This document shows positions 16,801 through 27,646 of a DNA stretch of 64,000 nt, in pieces (positions within the stretch are counted from its first letter, which is position 1; the number at the start of each line of letters is the position of its first letter). Both the position numbers and the translations under genes were made by a program. Below the pieces are notes generated by a model. The model worked only from the letters and a program-made list of their open reading frames with translations, had not been told where the DNA came from and did no database searches. The stretch comes from a bacterium (GTDB taxonomy: Bacteria > Patescibacteriota > Microgenomatia > UBA10105 > UBA927): the NCBI GenBank assembly GCA_021817785.1, contig JAKAFY010000006.1:2067-66066 (forward strand), read 5' to 3'.

Positions 16801-17864
16801 GGGACATGAAACAATTCTTCAGACGGAAACAACATGGTGTCCTGCACACGCTTTGCATCGGCAAATAGCATGACAAGTCGATCAACGCCTATTGCTATCC
16901 CGCTGCTATCCGGCAATCCTGCTTTCAGCGCATCGATAAAATCATGATCATAATCATATATGGTTTTTCCTAACCGTTTGATCTCTTTAAGCTCGCTTTC
17001 AAAACGCGACTGCTGTTCTTTCCAGTCAGTCAGTTCACTATAACAATCTCCAAGTTCCAGCCCTTCAATATAAAACTCGAATCGCTCGGCAAACCGGGGG
17101 TCTGATTTCTTCTTTCGGGCCAGCGCTCCCATGACCCCGGGAAATTCATAGAGAATCGTCGGCTTTCCGCGTCCTAAATGCGATTCGATTTCATTAAGAA
17201 ATATCTGGTTATACAATTCCTCCCATGTTGTTTCCGCTTCTATCACATACCCTTTTTTTTGCGCGATACTCTTCGCATGGTCTTCCAGTAAAAACTCGGC
17301 AAAGTCCACGTGCGCCCACCGCAAAAATGCGTCGGCAACGGTTAGCCGCTCCCAGGGTCCCGCAAGATTCACGCGCGTTCCCTGATAGGATAATTCTTCC
17401 GGCCGCTGTGTTTCCATACCGGGGGTAGTCCGTTTTATGTAGGTATTGATAAAAACGAGCAACTCTTCACAATCAGACATGATATCCCGATAGTCGGCGC
17501 CGACTCTGTACCACTCTAATATCGTAAACTCCGGGTTATGCAGATTGCTTTGCGTCTCCATGTTGCGAAAGCTTTTCGTTACCGCGAAACAATTTCCTAT
17601 TCCCGCAACCATAAGTTTTTTGAGTGGTACTTCGGGAGATGTAGACAGGTATGCCTTCGTAGGATTGCGGTTTCGGTCAAAAAGCGTCGTTTCAAAAATA
17701 TCAAGATAACTTTCCGCAGGCGGGTGTGCGATCAGAAGCGGTGTTTCCACTTCGTGAAACTTCTGTTGGCCAAAAAAGATACGGATTGCGGCAATGACTT
17801 TTTCGCGGATAAAATATCGCTCCCACAGTTCCGGATGCGCTTTCAGCGTTTTCCATGTATTCAT
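16797..17864 (-). CDS. epmA: EF-P lysine aminoacylase (LysRS2 paralogue without anticodon domain)
   Basis: FHEVETPLL, YLSTSPEVPLKKL, FRNME..HNPEFTILEWY, AERFEFYIEGLEL and GIAIGVDRL. Lies next to efp. Confidence 0.92.
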   Translation of the reverse strand: MNTWKTLKAHPELWERYFIREKVIAAIRIFFGQQKFHEVETPLLIAHPPAESYLDIFETTLFDRNRNPTKAYLSTSPEVPLKKLMVAGIGNCFAVTKSFRNMETQSNLHNPEFTILEWYRVGADYRDIMSDCEELLVFINTYIKRTTPGMETQRPEELSYQGTRVNLAGPWERLTVADAFLRWAHVDFAEFLLEDHAKSIAQKKGYVIEAETTWEELYNQIFLNEIESHLGRGKPTILYEFPGVMGALARKKKSDPRFAERFEFYIEGLELGDCYSELTDWKEQQSRFESELKEIKRLGKTIYDYDHDFIDALKAGLPDSSGIAIGVDRLVMLFADAKRVQDTMLFPSEELFHVP

Positions 17865-17880
17865 ATACGTATACCTCAGC

Positions 17881-18153
17881 TTATTTGGAGCGATGACGCC
17901 GGGAAGAAGAATGTTTTGCAGGTGATTCGAACGTGTGTGCTACAAATATAAGATATAGAATTTCAACAATTCCTGCCGTATGTACCACCAGAAAAAAAAT
18001 AAACCAACCCTTTTCCTCCCGCCTCGCGGCGTTCCAGAGAGCTAACCCCGTCCATACCACGGACCACGCTGCCAACAGAAGAAACCCTCCTAGAAATGGG
18101 TGATAGCCCCAGTTTGTATTTCCTAACCACCACGGCGTATTGTTATACATCAT
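17881..18153 (-). CDS. Small membrane protein, DUF5652-like
   Basis: WSVVWTGLALWNAARREEKGWFI..NTAGI-type (HTAGIVEILY) pattern. Confidence 0.7.
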   Translation of the reverse strand: MMYNNTPWWLGNTNWGYHPFLGGFLLLAAWSVVWTGLALWNAARREEKGWFIFFLVVHTAGIVEILYLIFVAHTFESPAKHSSSRRHRSK

Positions 18154-18198
18154 ATGTAATACTCCAAACCGTCGTTCATGTCTGTCTTGCGATCTTTG

Positions 18199-18861
18199 TT
18201 ACAGGAACTTCATCACGGATGCTTTTTGACGGATACCCGCAAACCATGTCTGTAGTTTTTCGCTTACCGTATTGCTGATGATCATCTGCTTTGCCTCTTC
18301 TTTTAGTTTGGCGGGATCCGTCGCGGTCAGTGTCGCGCGGTTTGTTGCGATATAGGCGTTAATGTCGTCATCGGTAATCGTCAGCCCCTTCGTCAGCAGG
18401 CGTTCAACGGTTAACTGCACTTTTAACTGGTGGTCAAAATCCGTTTTGGTCAGCCCCTGGAATTTCAAAAAATCATCCAAACTGACATCGGTACCCAAAC
18501 TGGCTAACACTTCTTTTTGTTTTGCCGCCAAATCACTGTCATTTACGGTGACTCCGGCTTTTTTCGCTTCATTGGCGATAAGTTGTTCGCCGATCATTCC
18601 TTCAAGGGTTTGCTGACCGTATCGCGCGCGCAATGTGTTATTTAAATCCCAACTGAAAATTGGCCGGCCGTCTACGATCGCAGCGACCACCCAGCCTTTA
18701 TTGGCGGCGAACAGACCAGCAAAAAGTACCACAAGCACGCCGATTACTACCTTCCATCCGTACTTTTTCATGGAGGACGCTGGCTTTATGGGGCTTACAG
18801 GGTACTGCGGAGGCAGAGAGACGGCACTTACCTGCGTTTTTGCTTTCGTTCGTGTTGCCAT
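18199..18861 (-). CDS. SurA/PrsA N-terminal-domain chaperone-like protein
   Basis: TM segment followed by VAAIVDGRPI..TLEGMIGEQLIANEAKKAGVTV. No parvulin domain. Confidence 0.75.
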   Translation of the reverse strand: MATRTKAKTQVSAVSLPPQYPVSPIKPASSMKKYGWKVVIGVLVVLFAGLFAANKGWVVAAIVDGRPIFSWDLNNTLRARYGQQTLEGMIGEQLIANEAKKAGVTVNDSDLAAKQKEVLASLGTDVSLDDFLKFQGLTKTDFDHQLKVQLTVERLLTKGLTITDDDINAYIATNRATLTATDPAKLKEEAKQMIISNTVSEKLQTWFAGIRQKASVMKFL

Positions 18862-19030
18862 AGTTGGTATGATCCTTTCCTAATAGTAATATTATAAATG
18901 TATACCGTAAAAGGATACCACAGATATTCCTGGTGTTCAAGCAGAGCAGCCATGATGATAATGTCAGGTTGACTTCGCTTACCTGCCATACTATAAGTAG
19001 ACTACGAGTCTACGTTATTGTTTCAGAATT

Positions 19031-19591
19031 ATGAGCAAACATACCCCATTGTTGCCTGCACCAAAACATCGTCCGTTATTTTTCCCGCAGTATCACCGAT
19101 TTTTCCCCGCACCCGTATTTAAACACATCGTCCCCGTGTCTATCAGGGTTGTTTTGTGGATCGCCTTGATAGCGCTCGTTTGTGCAAATATGCTGTATTG
19201 GAAACCACGGTTTTCCCTGCGTCGTATCAACAGCGCTCTGACAGCCGTAGCAAAGATCCCTTTTGCCACTCGTTTTCTTCCGGCATATATTTTCCGAGGT
19301 TTATCATTCAACTTGGCCGCACAGCCCAACAATGTCCTGGGCGCAGAAACCCAATCCGGCGACTCCTCAGACACCCAGTCTCAATACGATCGTCTGATCA
19401 AACAATATGACTATTGGAAATCAGTCATCGCCCAACACCCCAATTATCGTGACGGATATTATATGCTTGCCACGCTTTCATACCAGCTTGGCAACTACCC
19501 GGACACACGTTCGTATATAACACGTGTTCAGGAATTAGACCCCAATTATCCGGGCATAGAAGTACTTAGTGCCTTGCTACCCAAACAATAA
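19031..19591 (+). CDS. Membrane-anchored TPR protein
   Basis: TM segment and a C-terminal TPR (HPNYRDGYYMLATLSYQLG..ELDPNY). Confidence 0.7.
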   Translation: MSKHTPLLPAPKHRPLFFPQYHRFFPAPVFKHIVPVSIRVVLWIALIALVCANMLYWKPRFSLRRINSALTAVAKIPFATRFLPAYIFRGLSFNLAAQPNNVLGAETQSGDSSDTQSQYDRLIKQYDYWKSVIAQHPNYRDGYYMLATLSYQLGNYPDTRSYITRVQELDPNYPGIEVLSALLPKQ

Positions 19592-19627
19592 CGTATTGAC
19601 TACGACGAATGAGATATTCTAACGAGG

Positions 19628-20338
19628 TTAGGAGGGTTTTGAGGATTCCGCTGGTTTCTCGGCAGTTTTTTCTTCCGCTTTTACTTCTTCTGACGGAGTA
19701 CCTGCTCCCGCCGCCGGTGCAACTTCCGCTTCCGCTGCAGCCGCAGCTTCTGCTTCCGCAGCCGCCTGGGCCTCTGCTTCCTTACTGACTAATGCATCAA
19801 CTTTCACCAAAGCAACCTCTTTGTCCGTAAGAATTTCGACACCTGACGGAATGGAAAGCTGAGAAACAGTCACTTCCTGTCCGACCTCAGACAGCGAAGA
19901 GACATCAACGTCAATATGTTCCGGAAGGTCGGTCGGCAATGCTTCTACTTCTATTTCGGTAAGAAGTGACAGTAATACTCCCTTGCGTTCTGCTACCGCA
20001 GGAGATTCTCCAACGGTCACAAGCGGCACTTTTGTTTTTACTTTCTCCTTCAAATCGACCTGATAAAATTCTACGTGTAACAGACGCTCATCAACCGGAT
20101 CTATTTGCACATTGTGGATAAGCACCGGATGCGTCTCAGCTCCTACGGACAATTCGATAAGCCCGGTTTCTCCGGCTTCCTGAAATACTTTTTTAAAGTC
20201 CGCAGTGGCCACAGAGACGCTGAAGCTTGTGAGTTTTTTCCCATAGACAGTCGCCGGCAACTCTCCTGCCATGCGAAGGTGCTTAACCTTTCGCCCCAGA
20301 CTCTCTCGTTTTTTGCCATTTAGTGTATGTGCTTTCAT
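19628..20338 (-). CDS. rplY: 50S ribosomal protein L25 (Ctc type)
   Basis: LPATVYG, LLHVEFYQV, LPTDLPEHIDVDVSSL and an acidic tail. Start MKAHTL at 20338 (ATGA overlap). Confidence 0.95.
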   Translation of the reverse strand: MKAHTLNGKKRESLGRKVKHLRMAGELPATVYGKKLTSFSVSVATADFKKVFQEAGETGLIELSVGAETHPVLIHNVQIDPVDERLLHVEFYQVDLKEKVKTKVPLVTVGESPAVAERKGVLLSLLTEIEVEALPTDLPEHIDVDVSSLSEVGQEVTVSQLSIPSGVEILTDKEVALVKVDALVSKEAEAQAAAEAEAAAAAEAEVAPAAGAGTPSEEVKAEEKTAEKPAESSKPS

Positions 20339-22803
20339 GGTTGTGACCGAAATAAGATACGCAGATGCGCGTCTGTCGTAAGATCTGTATTGTACTCGAG
20401 CGTGCCCGGTTTGGCAAGACCGCTGTCGGAAAGAGCTGTCCAGGCAGCGGGATAATGTATCACCACATGCCACGGATAAGAACTCATTCCCGCCTGTTTG
20501 CGGATAGTAAACTGATAGGACAACGAATCCGACAGGGGTTGCATGTGCCGGCGTGTATGGATGACAAGCTGATGCTCCGTACGCGGCGCAACGGCAAACG
20601 GAACACTGACGATTGTGGACGAACCGGATGCATCCGTAATCACATATGGGGCCGGAGGAGGAACAAGCTGTTTTATGGTGCGTTGCGGCACCGCCTGACC
20701 ATCGAAGGTTACCGATTGTACATCCGTATCTTTTGGATAATAGACGCGGAAATATGTCTGGTATACTCCCCCTCCGACATTTGGCTGTGTCGGGGTAGTA
20801 TTTTTAATCTTTACCGTGAGCGTCTGATCAATCGTGCCGTTATCTTGTATGTTGATATCAGATAACGCTTCATGAGTCACAAAATAATTTACTTTATTAA
20901 TGCCAAGATTTGCCTCGACAATCCCAAGTCCGTCACCAACACATGCAGATTCATGCACTATTGTTTGGCACAAAGCCATACGCATCCCACCGTCCCATCC
21001 CCATTGAGTGACGAGATGTTCCAGCGCGGGATCGTTGTAATAAAATTGTATATCCCGGGATTGGATAGAATCTGCGATCGACCGCAATAATGCCCCCGCC
21101 GAAATACTGGTATCCCCGGTCATGCGCAGAAGTAGCGCGTTCGTCAGTGCACCCAAAAAATCCTTCTTTTGTGTGGACCCCGGAAAGAAGTCCGTCTGTG
21201 TATATAATAATGACTTTGCGAAAAAGTTACTTTCCGATATGCGATCATTAAAATCGGATAATTCCACGGGGCCCAGAACATGGAGCAAATGGGTAACGAA
21301 CGGAAGACTGAGGGCGATCACTCCGTCTACCGGCTGTCCCATTTCTTTTTCGTAAAACCATCCCGCCTGTTTGCCGCTCACTGCAAAATCCGGATCCCAA
21401 TTACTGTCACGCAGATACCAGTGTTCCTGCCCGATGATTTCCCGGATAGGCTGTGGTGGGTCTATGTGTCCTTTCAGTTGCCCGTCGGCGTCATAGACAT
21501 CGAGGACATGCATATCATCCACTTTTCCGTCTATAAACGATACAAGCAGCATACTGCCGATAAACCCCCCGGTCGGCCGCAACTCCATACTGTTTTGTAG
21601 CAATACCAAATATGTTTGCCGTCGGCGGAATCCTGCCATCTGAGGATAGAGTGTTAATAGTCTTTCCGTGTACCGGATAAGCTCACGCACCCCGGTTAAT
21701 GCAGCAAGCCCTTTCTGCCCCAATGACCGGACACCCATGGTCTGAAACGGAAACCGCTGGGAAGATAATAATGAGTCCAATTCTGCCTGCACGAGGGCAA
21801 GATGCTGGGACACGCGGTTGACGTCACTGGTGAGTGCGGTGACATCGGATATCCCGGCGTCCGATGAGGCACTCTTGGGGAACAAAATAGCACTCCCTAC
21901 ATTTTTTGCATTTTGGAATATCGTAATGACGCCGGTTTCTGCCTGCGCCGCGTCGGACAGGACGGAAAGCAATCGGTCTTCATCTTCTGCATATCCTCCA
22001 AGCCCGATAAGGTGAAACGCCGGTGACGTCAGATCCAATACAATCTGAGCATTTTGTATATTCGCCCTGCTATACCGAAGACATGTTTCTGTCCAGGGGA
22101 TGTTACCCACAAGAAGCATTTTTGCACTCAGCGCGAGAAAACCGCCACTTAATCCCAATGATGTAAAAAATATAAGAAGTGGCAAGCCGCATATCGCGAG
22201 TAAACCAAACAACCACCGGACAACAATGCGATTGCCCTTCCGGGATTTTCTTTTTACTCCCACCCGCTCTGACCTGGAAAAGACCTGTTGCATGGTCTGC
22301 GCGATTCGTTTGGCATCCGTCGCCACTTGCGCAGCCCGCGCTGGCTGCGGCTCACGTGACGGTTCCTTCGGGATTACACTTACGTGCTTTAACGGAACTG
22401 GCTCTTTTCGGGCATCTATTCGATTCGGTTTTCCGGTAAAGAAAAATGAAAATATTGTACGCGTTTCTATATCGGTCAATGGATGCCCGTCTATAAGATA
22501 AAGTTTTGTCCCACCCGCGATAAGTGTAGAAAGACTGCTATCATCTGCTCCATAGACGACAGCGAGTTTTTTCTGTGCGGTAATAGTGTGGCGCGCGTAA
22601 ATTGCTTTCACGAACTCCGCATCTCCGATGGAGATATGATAAAGGAGCGGCGCTTGTGTAACGGTATTTACCATCACACGGCATCCATTGCGTTCCAGAT
22701 ATTCCCGCAATGGTTCCGCATAGAGTACATCCTGCGCCTCTATACAGGCTGCTGATGCTCCTTGGAAATCTCCTTCCGACCATTGTGCGCTTTGAGATGT
22801 CAT
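20335..22803 (-). CDS. DUF4012-like membrane protein
   Basis: YLVLLQNSMELRPTGGFIGS, RDSNWDPDF and EANLGINKVN motifs. Start placed at ATG 22803. Confidence 0.8.
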   Translation of the reverse strand: MTSQSAQWSEGDFQGASAACIEAQDVLYAEPLREYLERNGCRVMVNTVTQAPLLYHISIGDAEFVKAIYARHTITAQKKLAVVYGADDSSLSTLIAGGTKLYLIDGHPLTDIETRTIFSFFFTGKPNRIDARKEPVPLKHVSVIPKEPSREPQPARAAQVATDAKRIAQTMQQVFSRSERVGVKRKSRKGNRIVVRWLFGLLAICGLPLLIFFTSLGLSGGFLALSAKMLLVGNIPWTETCLRYSRANIQNAQIVLDLTSPAFHLIGLGGYAEDEDRLLSVLSDAAQAETGVITIFQNAKNVGSAILFPKSASSDAGISDVTALTSDVNRVSQHLALVQAELDSLLSSQRFPFQTMGVRSLGQKGLAALTGVRELIRYTERLLTLYPQMAGFRRRQTYLVLLQNSMELRPTGGFIGSMLLVSFIDGKVDDMHVLDVYDADGQLKGHIDPPQPIREIIGQEHWYLRDSNWDPDFAVSGKQAGWFYEKEMGQPVDGVIALSLPFVTHLLHVLGPVELSDFNDRISESNFFAKSLLYTQTDFFPGSTQKKDFLGALTNALLLRMTGDTSISAGALLRSIADSIQSRDIQFYYNDPALEHLVTQWGWDGGMRMALCQTIVHESACVGDGLGIVEANLGINKVNYFVTHEALSDINIQDNGTIDQTLTVKIKNTTPTQPNVGGGVYQTYFRVYYPKDTDVQSVTFDGQAVPQRTIKQLVPPPAPYVITDASGSSTIVSVPFAVAPRTEHQLVIHTRRHMQPLSDSLSYQFTIRKQAGMSSYPWHVVIHYPAAWTALSDSGLAKPGTLEYNTDLTTDAHLRILFRSQP

Positions 22804-23004
22804 AGAGGTGGATACCGGTGTTAGTTGTATTATGGCAAACACGAAAGCCGAAAACAACCGAAATTACACATCGTGCAAAGTGCCAGACAGCAGTACCGTC
22901 ACATGAGGCAGAGGTACAAGAGCCTGTGCGTAGTAGGAACGTGAACGAGTGTGCGGTGACACCAGGTAAGCGCGGCAACATGTTGACCAAGAGAGAAAGA
23001 GGGA

Positions 23005-23454
23005 TCAGAGGTGTTCCTCATTATCCAACGCCTGATTCACGAAAAAATCTGCACGACGATTGAACTCCCGGCGGACCACGTGATAGGTAATGTCACCTCC
23101 GACGTCCTGTTCTAAGGAGCGAACGTGTAAAACCAGTTCTCGTAAGTGCGAATCCTTTATCTTAAATATCCCGTTAAGCTGATTGACCACCAACGTTGAA
23201 TCCAAATAAAATTTGATATGATGCTCCGCTCGTTCTCCGCCGATACGTGACAGGTAGTCTTTCATACTCAGAAGTGCTTCTATGACGGCTTTGTATTCTG
23301 CAACATTATTCGTCGTCTCCCCTATCGTCTTTCCGAATCCGATAATCTCTTTGCCCGTCTGTCCGGCATCCTCTACCCTTTCAACAGATATTCCGACCGC
23401 TGCCGGTCCCGGATTACCCCGGGCTCCTCCATCCGTATGTATAATAAAATTCAT
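23005..23454 (-). CDS. rnhA: Ribonuclease HI
   Basis: TDGGARGNPGPA, TNNVAEY, DSTLVVNQL and RREFNRRAD. Confidence 0.92.
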   Translation of the reverse strand: MNFIIHTDGGARGNPGPAAVGISVERVEDAGQTGKEIIGFGKTIGETTNNVAEYKAVIEALLSMKDYLSRIGGERAEHHIKFYLDSTLVVNQLNGIFKIKDSHLRELVLHVRSLEQDVGGDITYHVVRREFNRRADFFVNQALDNEEHL

Positions 23455-24743
23455 ATAGAGTTCCTTTCCTGCCGAAATTTATTCAAGACAAACAAAAAGG
23501 ATACTGCGCAAATACTTGCTTCCGATATCCCGGTTATCCATGCCGCTGCGATATATCCGAATCGCGGAATATACCAGATGTTCAAAAGCACATTTAGGAT
23601 CATAGCACAGCTATGGATAATCAACAGCTGCCATCGCATTTTTTGTGCAATCAAAATCCACATCAGCAGGGCGGACACAAAAAATACCGGCAGCCCCAAC
23701 AGTAAAATTTTCAACGGAAGAATACTTGCCGCAAAATCCGGCCGGATGAAACGCAATAACGGAGCCAACATCCAAAGCCCGCTGGCAATTATCACGGCAG
23801 CAAGAAGGAGTATCCACAGCGATTTCCAAAATATCTGTTCCGATGACCGGGCATCTTTTTGGCTCATCCGCACCAATATCGGGTAGACCGCATTGATGAA
23901 AAATATCGGGAGTACCAGTGGCAATTCAAAGACTTTATACGCCAATCCGTATATACCCACTTCTTGTGTTGATCGGGTCAAGGTCAACACCACGCTGTCG
24001 GAATGAAAATAAATGAGATTGAATAGCAGCGTAAGTCCCAGCGGCAGCGACGCGCGTACGTCGGCAATCATTGTGTTTGGCTGAAACTTCGGATTTATCG
24101 CCTCATGCAAAAAACGGACAAAATATAACGCGACGAGCGCGGTCACCAGACTGCCGGCAAAAAGCGACATGACGCCGACCATGGCACCGCTCAATGGGGC
24201 AATCATGATAAGGACCAGAGAAATAACAAGCATGATGATCGACCCTGCGTTCTGAGCTGCCGCCGATAAGTCGTACCGAAGCATCTTTTGGAACAGACCA
24301 TTGGTCGTCGTGATCGTCGCCTGGAAAATAATGGCGGGGGAAAGAAGGATGATACCCCAGCGGACGAGTGGGGTGTACCCCTGGAGAGAACTGTGGGGGA
24401 GCAGGGAAAGAATACCCAGTGCAGCACCTATGAGCACAAGGCTCATAACCAACCGCAAACCGAATAGCTGCTGCCATGAGGGCTTGTACAAAGATGTGGA
24501 TTGTTCCACAGATCCCTGTACGTACAATGCGTTCAATCCGAAGTCAGCGAACAAATAGAAAAATCCGATATACGTCGTAATTTTGACAAAGTCCCCGTAT
24601 CCGTCCGAACCAAAACGCCGGGCGATCAACACGCTCATCGCCGTCATCGCTGCCGTACTAATCAGCCTGCCGATCAGCTGGCTTATGGTATTTGTTGCGA
24701 CAAGGTGTCGGCCGGACCCTTTCGGAAACCATCTGGTAAACAT
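23451..24743 (-). CDS. Polysaccharide flippase (Wzx/MOP family)
   Basis: ~12 TM segments, ADFGL, VGIYGLAYK and IPRFGYIAAAW. Confidence 0.88.
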   Translation of the reverse strand: MFTRWFPKGSGRHLVATNTISQLIGRLISTAAMTAMSVLIARRFGSDGYGDFVKITTYIGFFYLFADFGLNALYVQGSVEQSTSLYKPSWQQLFGLRLVMSLVLIGAALGILSLLPHSSLQGYTPLVRWGIILLSPAIIFQATITTTNGLFQKMLRYDLSAAAQNAGSIIMLVISLVLIMIAPLSGAMVGVMSLFAGSLVTALVALYFVRFLHEAINPKFQPNTMIADVRASLPLGLTLLFNLIYFHSDSVVLTLTRSTQEVGIYGLAYKVFELPLVLPIFFINAVYPILVRMSQKDARSSEQIFWKSLWILLLAAVIIASGLWMLAPLLRFIRPDFAASILPLKILLLGLPVFFVSALLMWILIAQKMRWQLLIIHSCAMILNVLLNIWYIPRFGYIAAAWITGISEASICAVSFLFVLNKFRQERNSI

Positions 24744-24848
24744 GGCCCCATTGTAACAAAAAATCCGTATCAGAGTATCTGCCTACTGTAGGGTAATCCA
24801 AAAACAATATGCGCATGACGGCACGTCACTGTCCTAGACGGGACAACC

Positions 24849-26231
24849 TCACGATGAAACACGGTGGGAATACGAGAGCGAAAAGATAATCGTAAATAAC
24901 AGTTGTCCCTGCTGTAATGTTAACGGGTAATGATCAACAAGACCGAGGAGAAGGAGTCCCACAAATGACATGAGATACGTATGAAAACCGGCATTGTCCG
25001 GGTCTTTTTCATCCATTATGCGTACGACATATCCCTTTATGGTGAGAACCACAAGAACTAAAAAAGTAACACCTCCCACAAGCCCGGTTTCGGACAGAAT
25101 AAGAAGATAGATATTGTGCACCGGCTGTAAAAACGACACAGGGCGCAACACGTATATATCAGGTAAGTGGGTCAAAAAATTTCCCAGCCCGACGCCGATG
25201 ATGGGGGATGTCATCCACTCTGCCAGTGCCGCAGCATTAAGATGTGTCCGGATATCTATGCTTTCGTCATTCGGGATAAAGCGTCTGAGGACCAATATAC
25301 CCAAAACCGCAATCACCGTGATGCTGGTTAGAACTGCCGCACGCTTCAATAGCGGACTACGTATAAACATGTGTACATTGGATTTCGATTTCCTGCGTGC
25401 ATACTCACGTCGCATTCGGTTACCCATCAGCACTATGATTGCCGCCGCCCCCACAAGGACCGCACTTCTGCTCATGGTTATACATAACCCGATACTTCCC
25501 AAAACAAATACGGTCCACCCTATACGTTTCTTTAACGTTGTCATTCCCATATATTCCAGGCGCTTATCGCAAAGGGCGACATAGATAATAGGAAGCGTCA
25601 CCGCCAAAAACCCGCCGAGTACATTAGGGTGGGGGAACGTCGCATACGGTCGCAATACGAGCTGACAGCTAAAAACCGAGGTGATGCAGGCAGTCATCCG
25701 GGCGATACCGGGCGTTGATACAGAAAATGTGCGCTCGCCAATCCACCACAGCCATCCGCCAACAGAATGTTGAAGGATAAATTGCGCGATTGCTAGTATT
25801 GATGAATAGGCGACGGCGATAGACAATCCAAGAGCAACGAAATGAAATGGCGGTTTTGTGTTCACAACATACCAGCCAAGCAAAACAAACTCAACGAACT
25901 TCATCCAGTCATACATCGCGATAAAACGATTTGTCGCGAAAAATATATTAGCAAACACAAACACTGATACCGGAATCAAAAGTGGAATAATCGTACGTTG
26001 CTTTTTCCATGATTCATACTGCTTGCGCCATGATTCCTTTTCAGTGAACCATAAAAGCAAAATTGCGGCGACTACGATATCCGTGAAGTACACGGTCGGT
26101 GAAAAATAATCAATGCGTCTGCCCAATAGCGTTGACCACTCCGGCCAAAAATGAAGACCCAACTGAGTAGGAAGTAGGACGAGCAGAAGAACAAACAATC
26201 GTTGATGGAATGAGGGTGTATGTTGATTCAT
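24849..26231 (-). CDS. O-antigen ligase/Wzy_C family protein
   Basis: RPYATFPHPNVLGG, TMSRSA, GVGLGNF and PVHNIYL. Confidence 0.88.
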   Translation of the reverse strand: MNQHTPSFHQRLFVLLLVLLPTQLGLHFWPEWSTLLGRRIDYFSPTVYFTDIVVAAILLLWFTEKESWRKQYESWKKQRTIIPLLIPVSVFVFANIFFATNRFIAMYDWMKFVEFVLLGWYVVNTKPPFHFVALGLSIAVAYSSILAIAQFILQHSVGGWLWWIGERTFSVSTPGIARMTACITSVFSCQLVLRPYATFPHPNVLGGFLAVTLPIIYVALCDKRLEYMGMTTLKKRIGWTVFVLGSIGLCITMSRSAVLVGAAAIIVLMGNRMRREYARRKSKSNVHMFIRSPLLKRAAVLTSITVIAVLGILVLRRFIPNDESIDIRTHLNAAALAEWMTSPIIGVGLGNFLTHLPDIYVLRPVSFLQPVHNIYLLILSETGLVGGVTFLVLVVLTIKGYVVRIMDEKDPDNAGFHTYLMSFVGLLLLGLVDHYPLTLQQGQLLFTIIFSLSYSHRVSS

Positions 26232-26286
26232 GTATTATGCTGGCGTACTTCCATAATACATAATACGAACACCAAAATACGAATCC

Positions 26287-26742
26287 TCACGACGCCTTGG
26301 GTTTTACCAGAAGCATCCGGCCGTCACCTTCTCCGACGGATTCCGTTTCTACCCGTTCATCGCCGGAAAGCGTCAGATGAATAATGCGACGCTCGGAAGG
26401 GGAGAGGCGGGACAGTTCAACCGGCCTGCCCAAGGCAAGCGCCCGATCCGCCGCACGCTGTGCCATATGCATCAGCGTTTCTTCCCGCTTCTCGCGGTAA
26501 TCGCCGACATTCACATACACTTTTACCCACTGGCCGATTTTTTTCGATATGATGATTCCGAGGATTAGCTGAAAACTTTCCAGCGTTTTCCCGTGATGCC
26601 CGATGAGAAGACCTGTTTCTTCCGTTTCGATGCGCACGCGATATGCCCCCGTTTCGTCAGTCGTCACCTCGACTGATCCGGTCACTTCCAATTTAGCCAA
26701 TAAATCTTCAACGATTTCCTGCACGGTTTTTGTTAGTTCCAT
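26287..26742 (-). CDS. jag: KH-R3H RNA-binding protein (Jag/EloR/KhpB, short)
   Basis: LLIGHHGKTLES, ERRIIHLTL and TESVGEG. Lies downstream of yidC. Confidence 0.9.
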   Translation of the reverse strand: MELTKTVQEIVEDLLAKLEVTGSVEVTTDETGAYRVRIETEETGLLIGHHGKTLESFQLILGIIISKKIGQWVKVYVNVGDYREKREETLMHMAQRAADRALALGRPVELSRLSPSERRIIHLTLSGDERVETESVGEGDGRMLLVKPKAS

Positions 26743-26760
26743 AGTCTCTCCCTCCCTATA

Positions 26761-27579
26761 TTATTTCTCCGCATTGATACGGAGTTGTTGCATGATACCA
26801 AAAAGTCCGAAAACGTTCCAGTAGAGCGCGAGCCCCAACGGAAACTGATAGGCAAACACTCCGAACATCAGGGGAGTGATCATCACCATTTGTTTCTGCA
26901 TTTCCATGGCTGTATCCTCTGGAGTTTCTTTCTTCTTCTCCTGCGCCTTATCTTTCTGTGAACTGCTACTTGCTACCTGTTTACTCTCTGCCGTCTGAGG
27001 CAGCATGAGTTTGCTCTGCCAGTATTGTAATCCGGCGGTAATAACCGGAATGGACAATAACCACCACCCATGCGACTGCCACTGACTTGGTTTTATCCCC
27101 AAATTAAAGCCAAAAAATGTAAGGTCGAGCGTGGCGATTTTGAGTGCGGGAGAATACAGGACATGATTTATTTCCGTCGTTAACTTTGCAATATTTCCGT
27201 TTTGCAGCACCTGGTAAAACACATTATAGAGCGCGATAAGCATCGGCATCTGAATAAGAAGGGGGAGGCATCCCGCTGCGGGGTTGACGCCGTGCTCTTT
27301 ATACAAATCCAACTGCGCCTGCTGCAGCGCCTGTTTATTGTCTTTATGCTTTGCGGATAATGCGTCCAGGTGCGGCTTCAGTTGCTGCATTTTTTTGGCG
27401 GATTTTAACTGGGCGGCCATCAGAGGATAAAGAAGCAAACGGATCGCAACCGTCAGCCCGATCACTGCAAATCCCAATGGTCCGGGGGTGTGCATCCACT
27501 CAAAAAATTTATATAAAACCATCAAAAGATTGATGATTGGCCAGATAAGTAACTGATTCCAAAACGTCGGATTCGTCAT
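26761..27579 (-). CDS. yidC: Membrane protein insertase YidC
   Basis: IRLLLYPL, LYKEHGVNPAAGCLPLLIQMP and GLALYW. Confidence 0.95.
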   Translation of the reverse strand: MTNPTFWNQLLIWPIINLLMVLYKFFEWMHTPGPLGFAVIGLTVAIRLLLYPLMAAQLKSAKKMQQLKPHLDALSAKHKDNKQALQQAQLDLYKEHGVNPAAGCLPLLIQMPMLIALYNVFYQVLQNGNIAKLTTEINHVLYSPALKIATLDLTFFGFNLGIKPSQWQSHGWWLLSIPVITAGLQYWQSKLMLPQTAESKQVASSSSQKDKAQEKKKETPEDTAMEMQKQMVMITPLMFGVFAYQFPLGLALYWNVFGLFGIMQQLRINAEK

Positions 27580-27646
27580 AAATTAAATAGTAAGGTTTCG
27601 GTATTATGTATTATGGTTTTTAGCCCTGATACTTAATACATGATAC

